Part shown: positions 29,703 through 42,399 of the stretch, one piece after another
Numbering within the stretch: the first letter of the stretch is position 1
How the letters are laid out: each line of letters begins with the position of its first letter
Assembly (NCBI GenBank): GCA_964016885.1
Contig: OZ024765.1
Location: 4,836,001 to 4,900,000 of the forward strand
DNA length: 64,000 nucleotides
Source: Eledone cirrhosa
Taxonomy: Eukaryota
Direction of reading: 5' to 3'
Notes under the pieces: generated by a model
Told to the model about the DNA's origin: nothing
What the model saw: only the letters and a program-made list of their open reading frames with translations
Database searches by the model: none
Translations under genes and position numbers: made by a program

Positions 29703-29768
29703 TGTTATTATACATATTTCAGAGGTACTTGAATCAAGTTCAACAGTACGTCCTCATCAGATAAAATA
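29703..29768 (-). ncRNA. Hammerhead motif, family R (element ~29665-29940)
   Basis: tttat-CTGATGA-gga-c-gtac-tg-ttgaa-cttga-ttcaa-gtac-c-tct-GAAA-tatgta-TA-ataac; extended stem II. Confidence 0.72.
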
Positions 29769-29933
29769 AAATGATACATGACATACCCTGACATGTTAGA
29801 TGGTTAAGATTTAATCAAGGTAGTGATTAACTTATGAGAAAAACTCAATATTTATACCCTAATATTGAGAACAGTGCTTCCAATCTACTGTAAAACTCAT
29901 TCTTTGATGTACTCATTGAATCTTGTTTAACTC

Positions 29934-29978
<45 letters not shown>

Positions 29979-29981
<3 letters not shown>

Positions 29982-30390
29982 TCATCATCATCATCATCAT
30001 CACCGTTTTACGTCTGTTCTTCCATGCTAGCATGGGTTAGACGGGTTGTCCTGTTGTGGGCAGTGTGTGGTCGGCTGACCATGCCTTGCTCATACAGGAA
30101 CTGATTCTGGCTTGATTTCTACAGCTGGATGCCCTTCCTAACACCAACCTCATTTACAGTGAGTGCTGGGTGCTTTTTCGTGGCGCCTACACGTCCACTT
30201 TACAGTGTGGGCTGGGTGCTTTTTTGCCGTGGCACCTCCACGACCACCTTGCGGTGGGGGGTGTGGGGGCATATTGTCTATATGCTTCAGCTTGTACCCA
30301 TGGGAGGTCGGGTACTCTGTATTACTAGCGTCCCACCTTTGCAAGCGGGGAAAAGCGGACGTATGATGATGATGATGATGATGATGATGA
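29979..30390. mobile_element. SINE C fragment (-) joined to an RTE/SINE A tail (+)
   Basis: (CAT)n at left, (GAT)n at right; 30330-30390 is the RTE-type tail. Confidence 0.7.
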
Positions 30391-30438
30391 TACATATATA
30401 TGATTCCTTTCTCTAAATATATATGTTTGTGTGTGTGT

Positions 30439-30990
30439 GGAAGCATGTAGCTCAGTGGTTAGGGTGTTCAGCTCATGATGGTAGGGTCATGAGTTGAGTT
30501 TGATTTCTGGTCGTGTTTTATGTCCTTGAGCAAGACACTTTATTTCAAGCTGCTTCAGTCCATTCAACTGGATTAAAGTAAAACAAATGAGTTGTACCTG
30601 GAAGTCAATGGTCAGGCCTAGTCTCACACTGTGTCATGCTGAATCTCCCTGAGAATAATATTAAGAGTACATGTGTCTGCAGAATGTATTTTACTGTATC
30701 ACCAACATTTCTCCTTTACAGAGTGTACTGGGTGTATTTTACTGTATCGCCAACACTTCTCCTTTACAGAGTGTACCGGGTGTATTTTACTGTATTACCA
30801 ACACTTCTCCTTTACAGAGTGTTCTGGGTGTATTGTATCTTGGCACTAGCACTACCTCATTACAGAATGTACTGGGTGTATTTTATCTTGGCACTAGTAC
30901 TACCACTTTACAGAGTGTACTGGGTGTATTTTACCGTGACACTAGCACTAGGGAGGTTATCACATGCTGGGCAAGATTGAAGAGACATAT
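30439..30990. mobile_element. CORE-SINE head (+) followed by a degenerate 48-bp module array (30680-30950)
   Basis: tagctcagtgg A box, tccttgagcaagacactttatttc CORE, and tacagagtgtactgggtgtatttt repeats. Confidence 0.65.
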
Positions 30991-31048
30991 TAAACCCTAT
31001 ATTGACTCTGACTGCCAAAACACTGAGCCTCCAATCTCTCACCACGTT

Positions 31049-32191
31049 TAATCCTTTAGCATTTAAACCGGCCCTGTCCATCCAGAATTCTCTCACCTAT
31101 TTCTATTCAAACCAGCCATAACTGGCCATTCATACTGATGTTAAGGTATTATTCTCAAAATAAATAATATCAATCTTATAGATTCAATATTATGAGATAG
31201 ACCCTTCACCATGAAAATACAATAGTATATATAGAGTAATGTAAATGTTATGTGAGATATTATGTGAGGTAAAGCCTTTACTGTGAAAATACAATAGTAT
31301 ATATAGAGTAATGTAAATGTTGTGAGATATTATGTGAGGTAAAGCCTTTACTGTGAAAATACAATAGTATATATAGAGTAATGTAAATGTTATGTGAGAT
31401 ATTATGTGAGGTAAAGCCTTTACTGTGACAATACAATAGTATATATAGAGTAATGTAAATGTTGTGAGATATTATGTGAGGTAAAGCCTTTACTGTGAAA
31501 ATACAATAGTATATATAGAGTAATGTAAATGTTATGTGAGATATTATGTGAGGTAAAGCATTTACTGTGAAAATACAATAGTAAATATAGAGTAATGTAA
31601 ATGTTATGTGAGATATTATGTGAGGTAAAGACTTTACTGTGAAAATACAATAGTATATATAGAGTAATGTAAATGTTATGTGAGATATTATGTGAGGTAA
31701 AGCCTTTACTGTGAAAATATAATAGTAAATATAGAGTAATGTAAATGTTATGTGAGATATTATGTGAGGTAAAGCCTTTACTGTGAAAATATAATAGTAA
31801 ATATAGAGTAATGTAAATGTTATGTGAGATATTATGTGAGGTAAAGCCTTTACTGTGAAAATATAATAGTAAATATAGGGTAATGTAAATGTTATGTGAG
31901 ATATTATGTGAGGTAAAGCCTTTACTGTGAAAATATAATAGTAAATATAGAGTAATGTAAATGTTATGTGAGATATTATGTGAGGTAAAGCCTTTACTGT
32001 GAAAATATAATAGTAAATATAGGGTAATGTAAATGTTATGTGAGATATTATGTGAGGTAAAGCCTTTACTGTGAAAATATAATAGTAAATATAGGGTAAT
32101 GTAAATGTTATGTGAGATATTATGTGAGGTAAAGCCTTTACTGTGAAAATATAATAGTAAATATAGAGTAATGTAAATGCTAATGGGTTAA
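31049..32191. mobile_element. TTAA-type MITE expanded by a 72-bp internal tandem array (~13 copies, 31212-32178)
   Basis: Same termini as 16966-17194; unit tgtgagatattatgtgaggtaaagccttttactgtgaaaatacaatagtatatatagagtaatgtaaatgtta. Confidence 0.9.
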
Positions 32192-32462
32192 AATGCTGAT
32201 GCAGGATAATATGTAAATGTCTATCTTGGAAATTCACAATAAGATATCACACCATCCTATGAAATAATTAGAAAATTAATATGGAAGAAACAAACAATAA
32301 ATATATAAATGAAAATTCATTAAAAAAATAACAATACAAAAAAATAGTTTTTTCACAAATTAGTTTTATAGATTATCAGACTAATTAAAATAATTAGTGA
32401 TTAGTTTTCAAAACAAAATTTATTAACCTTAGAAAAGTCATATATATATATATGTATATATA

Positions 32463-33356
32463 CGAGGTGTGTCAGAAAAGTTCCAGGTCTGATGTCACAA
32501 AAGATTTTTCAAACCCAAACTTCACACTAAGAGTTTTCTCCTTCAAAGTAATCCCCCTGGAGTATGTAACTGTAATCTTGGCTCTCTGTAGCGATCAAAC
32601 TTTTTTCTTCATAATTTTATATACATGTCCTCGATTTCGGGTCATCAAGCAATGAGCACAGAGCAACGAACAAACTTGAAGTTTCTGGTACGGTTGGGGA
32701 AAACTCCGTCAGAAGCACTGGGATTGCTGCAGCAAGTGTATGGAGTTGAGACGATGTCACGCTCACGTGTTTTTGAGTGGTGCAAGAGGTTTAAAGATGA
32801 CCCCAGGAGCGGAAGGCCTTCAACAACCAGGATTGAGGTCAACGTTGAACGCATCAGGCAGATGGTGCGTAGCGATCGTCGGCTGACTGTTCGACTGATG
32901 GCAAATGAGCTGGACATGAATCGGGACAGCGTCTGGAAGATTCTCACTGAAGATTTGGACATGCGGAAAGTCTGCGCTAAGATGGTGCCAAAACTACTGA
33001 ACGATGACCAGAAGGGTCGATTCATGCAAGTGTGCCAGGACATCCTCGAGTGTCTTGAAACCGAACCAGACTTGCTGGGGACAGTCATCACCAGTGATGA
33101 GTCATGGATCTTCGAGTACGACCCGGTGGGGACCCGTTTTGAAGACGTGGACGACATCAAAAAGTCCGTGACAACGGAACTGCGGAGGATCCCGGAAGAA
33201 TCCTTCCAGAAGTGCATGCAAGCGTGGCAGAAAAGGATGGAAAAGTGCATTAGACTCCAGGGGGATTACTTTGAAGGAGAAAACTCTTAGTGTGAAGTTT
33301 GGGTTTGAAATAAATCTTTTGTGACATCAATCCTGGAACTTTTATGACACATCTCG
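32463..33356 (+). mobile_element. Mariner element (894 bp) with ~100-bp TIRs and TA TSD
   Basis: TA|cgaggtgtgtcagaaaagttccagg...ccccctggagt (32463-32563) is the inverse of 33254-33356|TA. Confidence 0.95.
32652..33290 (+). pseudogene. Internally deleted but open mariner transposase ORF (212 aa)
   Basis: EQRTNLKFLVRLGKT..RVFEW.KRF..RSGRP (HTH), KMVPKLL (WVP-like) and ITSDESW (first catalytic D), then a jump to GTRFEDVDDIK..KCIRLQGDYFEG*. The HDNA and YSPDLAP.D segments are absent. Confidence 0.9.
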
Positions 33357-33373
33357 TATATATATATATATAA

Positions 33374-33435
<62 letters not shown>

Positions 33436-33881
33436 CAGTTATACTTGAATATAAGCAAAGGAATATGTGACTAAAAATTAAATATAAATATAGTAAAATA
33501 AAAAAATATATAATATTTATTTATACATATCATCATCATCATCATCATCATTTAACGTCCATCTTCCATGCTAGCATGGGTTAGACGGGTTTTCTTCCAT
33601 TTGATGCAGGAATGGTCGGGAGACCGTGTCTCGTTCGTACGGAACTGTCTCTGGCAGGTTTTCAAATCGGTAGGCACCTCTTAACCCTATGTACATTTGC
33701 AGCCCCTATTAAGGGGCTGTTCCATTGACTGAATAACTGGAACATTCATTGTGAGAATGCCCAATAACATTGGAGAACTCTTCCATACCAGTTAAGAAGC
33801 CATAATATAATGAAATGCGCGACTGTTTCCTGAATATATTTGTTTATCCTGTTTGTAAAATAAGTTGGATTACTTTGAATA

Positions 33882-34391
33882 AATAATTGTTTCTACTTTT
33901 GGCACAAGGCCAGCAATTACCCAGTGTATTGCTGGTACTTTATTTTATCGACCTCGTAAGGATGAAAGGCAAAGTTAACCTCGGTGGGATTTGAACTCGG
34001 ATCGTAAAGGGACATAACTCTATGCTGGAAAGCATGGCGTCCGACCCTCTACCGATACTGCCTATCCACCGCCCTCTCTACTTTGAATAAATAATTGTTT
34101 CTACTTTTGGCACAAGGCCAGCAAATACCCACTACATTAGTGGTACTTTATTTGAACTCAGTCCGTAAAGGGCCGTAACTCTATGCTGCAAAGCATGGCG
34201 TCCGACCCTCTACCGATACTGCCAATTCACCGCCCTCTACTTTGAATAAATAATTGTTTCTACTTTTGGCACAAGGCCAGCAAATACCCAGTTCATTACT
34301 GGTACTTTATTTGAACTCAGTCCGTAAAGGGACGTAACTATGCTGGAAAGAATGGCGTCCGACCCTCTACCGATACTGCCAATCCACCGCC
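33882..34391 (-). mobile_element. Three tandem SINE B copies
   Basis: Each preceded by tactttgaataaataatt (33871, 34079, 34238); copies 2 and 3 share the same internal deletion. Confidence 0.88.
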
Positions 34392-34492
34392 ATGATGCAA
34401 ATATATGAATGTCTATATAAGTGATATGATATAGCATCCATTATATCATAACTAGAACTATTGACATGAAGTGAATCTTAAAATAAGCAATC

Positions 34493-34676
34493 GTGGATTG
34501 GCAGTATCGGTAGAGGGTCGGACGCCATGCTTTGCAGCATAGAGTTCCGGCCCTTTATGATCTGACTTCAAATCCCGCCGAGGTTAACTTTGCCTTTCAT
34601 CCTTACGCGGTCGATAAAATAAAGTACCAGTAATACACTGGGTAATTGCTGGCCTTGTGCCAAAAGTAGAAACATT
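34493..34676 (+). mobile_element. SINE family B, head-to-head with the previous array
   Basis: Full body match. Confidence 0.88.
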
Positions 34677-34869
34677 TATATAAGGTTTATATTTCTGGTG
34701 TTAATTTTCTCCTTTTTTGTTTTCATTACATTTCCCTGTAATGCAGTTTATATATAATATCGTCTTTTTAAATGTATCATGGATTACTTTACTGATTACA
34801 GAAGACAGTGTAACACAGTCGCTCTTCAATTTCTGTGTATATTGTCAATTACGATTTCATTTGACATAT

Positions 34870-35300
34870 CATATCAACATGTATGTATATTTGCATATAA
34901 TATCAATATGTGCACTACACATGCTAGCAGAAAACCACCCGAAAGGTAGCTTTTCTTCTAGTTATAGTGTGTTATGTGTGTAGTGTGCATAGTTGTGTAG
35001 TGTGCAGATTGTCAATTACAATTTTATTTGACGTATTATATCTAAATGCATATATATCTGCATATAATATCAATATACACACTACACATGCTAGCAGAAA
35101 ATCACCCGAAAGGTAGCTTTTCTTCTAGTTATAGTGTGTTATGTGTGTAGTGTGCATAGTTGTGTAGTGTGCAGATTGTCAATTACAATTTTATTTGACG
35201 TATTATATCTAAATGCATATATATCTGCATATAATATCAATATACACACTACACATGCTAGCAGAAAACCACCCGAGAGTGATTTTTCTGCTAGTATAGT
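34870..35300. repeat. ~175-bp tandem duplication containing a CTAG-bounded hairpin
   Basis: ctagcagaaaa.cacccga...ttttct(t/g)ctag at ~34924, ~35090 and ~35258. Confidence 0.75.
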
Positions 35301-35433
35301 TAATGGAAGAAAAGTCTAGACTGTAAACTTTACTTTTTGACTATATTGTATAGATACATACCAGGTCAACAGCCTTTCATCTATTCCAGGTTGATTAAAA
35401 AAAAGTACCAGTCAAGTACTGGGGTCAATTCCT

Positions 35434-35479
<46 letters not shown>

Positions 35480-35929
35480 TCTCTCTATCCTTCTCTTGTT
35501 AGAAATCTGCTGAGTTCAGAATTAGAGAGGAGATGGGCTCAGCCAGGTTTTTTTTTTTTTAAATGTCCTCGAAATGGACCCCTACAACTCCCTCAGAAGT
35601 TATGGAACCATACATAGGTGCATATAGATGCATACTTACCTTGTGACCAACCTACCAACTGACCTGGACATTCATAGCCCCTAATAACAAAGGACTAGGC
35701 TATTCCATTGATCCCATTCCCAACAACCTTTTATTCTCTTTGTAAATAGTATATCATACTTTTTTACATTATGCACCTTTTTTAGATTTCAAATTTATAC
35801 ACTAGTATACACCACCTTCACCTACCATGTCCTACCACCCCACCCATGCCCTAACACCCCACTCTTCACCGATGTCCCTACATCTACCTCACCAATCCCC
35901 ACATGCCCCATCCCACCCAAGTTTTCTGC

Positions 35930-36625
35930 CCACACTGTAAAGTGGGCGCATTGGTATCACAACAAAAGGCTCCCAGTCCACACTGTAAAGTGGTTGTGTA
36001 GGTGTCACAACAAAAAGCACCCAGTCCACACTGTAAAGTGGTCATGTAGGTGTCACGACAAAAAGCTCCCAGTCCACCCTGTAAAGTGGTTGTATAGGTG
36101 TCACAACAAAAAGCTCCCAGTCCACCCTGTAAAGTGGTTGTGTAGGTATCACAACAAAAAGCTCCCAGTCCACACTGTAAAGTGGTTGTGTAGGTATTAC
36201 AACAAAAAGCTCCCAGTCCACCCTGTAAAGTGGTTGTGTAGGTATCACAACAAAAAGCTCCCAGTCCACCCTGTAAAGTGGTTGTGTAGGTATCACAACA
36301 AAAAGCTCCCAGTCCACACTATAAAGTGGTCATGTAGGTGTCACAACAAAAAGCTCCCAGTCCACACTGTAAAGTGGTCATGTAGGTGTCACAACAAAAA
36401 GCTCCCAGTCCACACTGTAAAGGGGTCATGTAGGTGTCACAACAAAAAGCTCCCAGTCCACACTGTAAATATGGTTGGTGTTAGGAACGGCATCCAGCTG
36501 TAGAAATCTAGCCCAAATCAAATCTGTATGAATAAGATAGTCCCCTGACTTGTCTCACAACGGGACAACTCGTCTAACCCATGCTAGTGTGGAGAAATGG
36601 ACAATGATGATGAGAATGATGATGA
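35930..36625 (+). repeat. SINE C with its 48-bp module amplified ~11 times
   Basis: Unit cacaacaaaaagctcccagtccacactgtaaagtggttgtgtaggtat, followed by the normal SINE tail. Confidence 0.9.
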
Positions 36626-37470
36626 TAAGCAACTAGTGAAATAAATGATAAGGAAAAAAAGAAGAAAATATCTAGAACATTCCGCTGGAAACCTCCGACA
36701 ACATCACAACATTGGAGGTCTATTAAATTTCAGAAATATAGTTAAAACTGTGAACTTTAGTTTTTGACTGTATTATATAGATACATACCTACTTAGCTAC
36801 CAACTTCACAACCTACTGACCGACCTCCCACCAACTCTCTTCCTTAACCTCAGCTAGAGGTCAATTGTGCTTTTGAAAACCTCTCTAGTCTGTCATGTGG
36901 CTCTCTGACCTTTAACAATAGAACAAGCTCAAGTTTCAAAGACAACACTGCAGCTGACAGGGCTGTTACCATTGTTGAAATACCACTGGAAAGGGCCCTT
37001 AGATTATCACACTTTATGGGTCATTATAATGTCAACTATGTCCGGTTGGTTGGCTGGCTGGCTGGCTGTTTGTCTGTGTCTGTCTGTCTGTCTGTGTTTG
37101 TCTGTCTGTCTGCTTGTCTGTCTGTCTTTGTGGGCGTGTGTGTATCTGTTTGTTTTCTTGTCTGTCTGTCTGTTTGTCTGCTTGTCTATCTCCATGTTGG
37201 TCTGTCTGTGTGTGTGTGTCTGTTTGTGTGTGTGTATGTCTGTTTGTGTGTGTGTCTCTGTCTGTCTGTGTGTGTGTGTCTGTATGTTTGTATGCTTGTC
37301 TGTCTGTGGGGGTGTCTGGTGGGGAGGGGTGTCTGTTTGTGTGTGTGGGGGTGTGTTTGTTTGGTGGGGAGGGGTGTCTGTCTGTGTGTGTGTGTGTGTG
37401 TCTGTTTGTGTGTGTGTGTCTGTTGGTATGTGTATCATTCTTCCTGTTGATGTGCCTGTACATCTGTCTG

Positions 37471-40400
37471 TATAAACATTTAGTACAAAACAACACTATG
37501 ACTACATCACATTAAATATTACAGTCTTTACTGTAATACTGTAAATATTCACAACAATCTGTCCACCAGTAAAGATACTATAAACATTTAGTACAAAACA
37601 ACACTATGACTACATCACATTAAATATTACAGTCTTTACTGTAATACTGTAAATATTCACAACAATCTGTCCACCAGTAAAGATACTATAAACATTTAGT
37701 ACAAAACAACACTATGACTACATCACATTAAATATTACAGTCTTTACTGTAATACTGTAAATATTCACAACAGTCTGTCCACCAGTAAAGATACTATAAA
37801 CATTTAGTACAAAACAACACTATGACTACATCACATTAAATATTACAGTCTTTACTGTAATACTGTTAATATTCACAACAATCTGTTCACCAGTAAAGAT
37901 ACTATAAACATTTAGTACAAAACAACACTATGACTACATCACATTAAATATTAAAGTCTTTACTGTAATACTGTAAATATTCACAACAATCTGTCCACCA
38001 GTAAAGATACTATAAACATTTAGTTCAAAACAACACTATGACTACATCACATTAAATATTAAAGTCTTTACTGTAATACTGTAAATTTTCACAACAATCT
38101 GTCCACCAGTAAAGATACTATAAACATTTAGTACAAAAGAACACTATGACTACATCACATTAAATATTAAAGTTTTTACTGTAATACTGTAAATATTCAC
38201 AAGAATCTGTCCACCACTAAAGATACTATAAACATTTAGTACAAAACAACACTATGACTATATCACTTTAAATATTAAAGTCTTTACTGTAATACTGTAA
38301 ATATTCACAACAATCTGTCCACCAGTAAAGATACTATAAACATTTAGTACAAAACAACACTATGACTACATCACATTAAATATTAAAGTCTTTACTGTAA
38401 TACTGTAAATATTCACAACAATCTGTCCACCAGTAAAGATACTATAAACATTTAGTACAAAACAACACTATGACTGCATCACATTAAATATTAAAGTCTT
38501 TACTGTAATACTGTAAATATTCACAACAATCTGTCCACCAGTAAAGATACTATAAACATTTAGTACAAAACAACACTATGACTACATCACATTAAATATT
38601 AAAGTCTTTACTGTAATACTGTAAATATTCACAACAATCTGTCCACCAGTAAAGATACTATAAACATTTAGTACAAAACAACACTATGACTGCATCACAT
38701 TAAATATTAAAGTCTTTACTGTAATACTTTAAATTCTCACAACAATCTGTCCACCAGTAAAGATACTATAAACATTTAGTACAAAACAACACTATGACTA
38801 CATCACATTAAATATTAAAGTCTTTACTGTAATACTTTAAATTCTCACAACAATCTGTCCACCAGTAAAGATACTATAAACATTTAGTACAAAACAACAC
38901 TATGACTACATCACATTAAATATTAAAGTCTTTACTGTAATACTTTAAATTCTCACAACAATCTGTCCACCAGTAAAGATACTATAAACATTTAGTACAA
39001 AACAACACTATGACTGCATCACATTAAATATTAAAGTCTTTACTGTAATACTGTAAATATTCACAACAATCTGTCCACCAGTAAAGATACTATAAACATT
39101 TAGTACAAAACAACACTATGACTACATCACATTAAATATTAAAGTCTTTACTGTAATACTTTAAATTCTCACAACAATCTGTCCACCAGTAAAGATACTA
39201 TAAACATTTAGTACAAAACAACACTATGACTGCATCACATTAAATATTAAAGTCTTTACTGTAATACTGTAAATATTCACAACAATCTGTCCACCAGTAA
39301 AGATACTATAAACATTTAGTACAAAACAACACTATGACGACATCACATTAAATATTAAAGTCATTACTGTAATACTGTAAATATTCACAACAGTCTGTCC
39401 ACCAGTAAAGATACTATAAACATTTAGTACAAAACAACACTGACTACATCACATTAAATATTAAAGTCTTTACTGTAATACTGTAAATTTTCACAACAAT
39501 CTGTCCACCAGTAAAGATACTATAAACATTTAGTACAAAACAACACTATGACTGTTTCACATTAAATATTAAAGTCTTTACTGTAATACTGTAAATATTC
39601 ACAACAATCTGTCCACCAGTAAAGATACTATAAACATTTAGTACAAAACAACACTATGACTACATCACATTAAATATTAAAGTCTTTACTGTAATACTGT
39701 AAATATTCACAACAATCTGTCCACCAGTAAAGATACTATAAACATTTAGTACAAAACAACACTATGACTGCTTCACATTAAATATTAAAGTCTTTACTGC
39801 AATCTGTCCACCAGTAAAGATACTATAAACATTTAGTACAAAACAACACTATGACTACATCACATTAAATATTAAAGTCTTTACTCTAATACTGTAAATT
39901 TTCACAACAATCTGTCCACCAGTAAAGATACTATAAACATTTAGTACAAAACAACACTATGACTACATCACATTAAATATTAAAGTCTTTACTCTAATAC
40001 TGTAAATTTTCACAACAATCTGTCCACCAGTAAAGATACTATAAACATTTAGTACAAAACAACACTATGACTGCATCACATTCAATATTAAAGTCTTTAC
40101 TGTAATAATGTAAATATTCACAACAATCTGTCCACCAGTAAAGATACTATAAACATTTAGTACAAAACAACACTATGACTGCATCACATTCAATATTAAA
40201 GTCTTTACTGTAATACTGTAAATATTCACAACAATCTGTCCACCAGTAAAGATACTATAAACATTTAGTACAAAACAACACTATGACTACATCACATTAA
40301 ATATTAAAGTCTTTACTGTAATACTGTAAATGTTCACAACAATCTGTCCACCAGTAAAGATACTATAAACATTTAGTACAAAACAACACTATGACTACAT

Positions 40401-41585
40401 CACATTAAATATTAAGTCTTTACTGTAATACTGTAAATATTCACAACACTCTGTCCACCAGTAAAGATACTATAAACATTTAGTACAAAACAACACTATG
40501 ACTGCATCACATTAAATATTAAAGTCTTTACTGTAATACTGTAAATATTCACAACAATCTGTCCACCAGTAAAGATACTATAAACATTTAGTACAAAACA
40601 ACACTATGACTGCATCACATTAAATATTAAAGTCTTTACTGTAATACTGTAAATATTCACAACAATCTGTCCACTAGTAAAGATACTATAAACATTTAGT
40701 ACAAAACAACACTATGACTACATCACATTAAATATTAAAGTCTTTACTGTAATACTGTAAATATTCACAACACTCTGTCCACCAGTAAAGATACTATAAA
40801 CATTTAGTACAAAACAACACTATGACTGCATCACATTAAATATTAAAGTCTTTACTGTAATACTGTAAATATTCACAACAATCTGTCCACCAGTAAAGAT
40901 ACTATAAACATTTAGTACAAAACAACAATATGACTGCTTCACATTAAATATTAAAGTCTTTACTGTAATACTGTACATTTTCACAACAATCTGTCCACCA
41001 GTAAAGATACTATAAACATTTAGTACAAAACAACACTATGACTGCATCACATTAAATATTAAAGTCTTTACTGTAATACTTTAAATTCTCACAACAATCT
41101 GTCCACCAGTAAAGATACTATAAACATTTAGTACAAAACAACACTATGACTACATCACATTAAAGTCTTTACTGTAATACTTTAAATTCTCACAACAATC
41201 TGTCCACCAGTAAAGATACTATAAACATTTAGTACAAAACAACACTATGACTACATCACATTAAATATTAAAGTCTTTACTGTAATACTTTAAATTCTCA
41301 CAACAATCTGTCCACCAGTAAAGATACTATAAACATTTAGTACAAAACAACACTATGACTGCATCACATTAAATATTAAAGTCTTTACTGTAATACTGTA
41401 AATATTCACAACAATCTGTCCACCAGTAAAGATACTATAAACATTTAGTACAAAACAACACTATGACTACATCACATTAAATATTAAAGTCTTTACTGTA
41501 ATACTTTAAATTCTCACAACAATCTGTCCACCAGTAAAGATACTATAAACATTTAGTACAAAACAACACTATGACTACATCACAT
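37471..41585. repeat. AT-rich 108-bp satellite, ~38 copies
   Basis: tataaacatttagtacaaaacaacactatgac... recurs every 108 bp (37471, 37579, ...) with few variants and occasional deletions. Confidence 0.97.
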
Positions 41586-42399
41586 GTACTGGGTAATTGC
41601 TGGTATTGTGCCTAAAGTAGAAACAATTAAATATTAAAGTCTTTACTGTAAATTTTCACAACAATCTGTAAAGATAATATGTGGTGGTGTCAGAAATAGT
41701 ATTGTTATATAAGGACATACAGCAACTTGTATATCTTAGACATCTGTTTTATAGATTGGAGAGCCTACTTAGGAAAGGAAACGGATTAGTTCCCATATTT
41801 AGAAGTAGTGGTGGCAGTAGCAGTGGTTATGGTGGTGGTCGTGATGGTTGTGGTGGTGGTGGTGGTGGTGCTGTGGTGTGGTGTTGGCAGTAGCATCAGC
41901 AGTATGGTGGTGGTGGTGGTGGGGTGTTGGCATTAGCAGTGTGGTGGTGGTGGTGTGGTGTTGGCAGTAGCATTAGCAGTGTGGTGGTGGTGGTGTGGTG
42001 TTGGCAGTAGCAGTGTGGTGGTGGTGGTGGTGATGATGATGTTGCTGCTTGTAGTGGAGGTGTGTGGCTATATGTATTAGACTGTCTGCTACACAATCTT
42101 AAGGGTGTGAGTTCAAATCACACTATGTCTTCTTTCCCCAGTCCACTCTGCAAGCAAAGAGCCAACCTTCTTACACACTTTTATGCTGAATCATCATCAT
42201 CATCATCATCATCATCTTCGTTTAACGTCCATTTTCCATGCTAGCATGGGTTAGACGGGAGTTGTCCCACTTGAGTGGTGGTGACGGTGTTGGTGGTAGT
42301 GGTGGTGGTGTTGGTGGTGGTGTTGGTGGTGGTATTGGTGTTGCTGCTGGTAGTATTGTTGTTGATGGTGTTTTATATATATATACATATATATATCTA

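Noticed and set aside
31278-32237. 319-aa repetitive ORF (also 43460-44136 and 35994-36503)
   Set aside because: Tandem units of 72 or 48 bp (multiples of 3) inside TEs.
32645-33250. 201-aa antisense ORF
   Set aside because: Shadow of the mariner transposase frame.
37471-41585. CRISPR-like array (also 49811-50540)
   Set aside because: No unique spacers, eukaryotic context and no cas genes.
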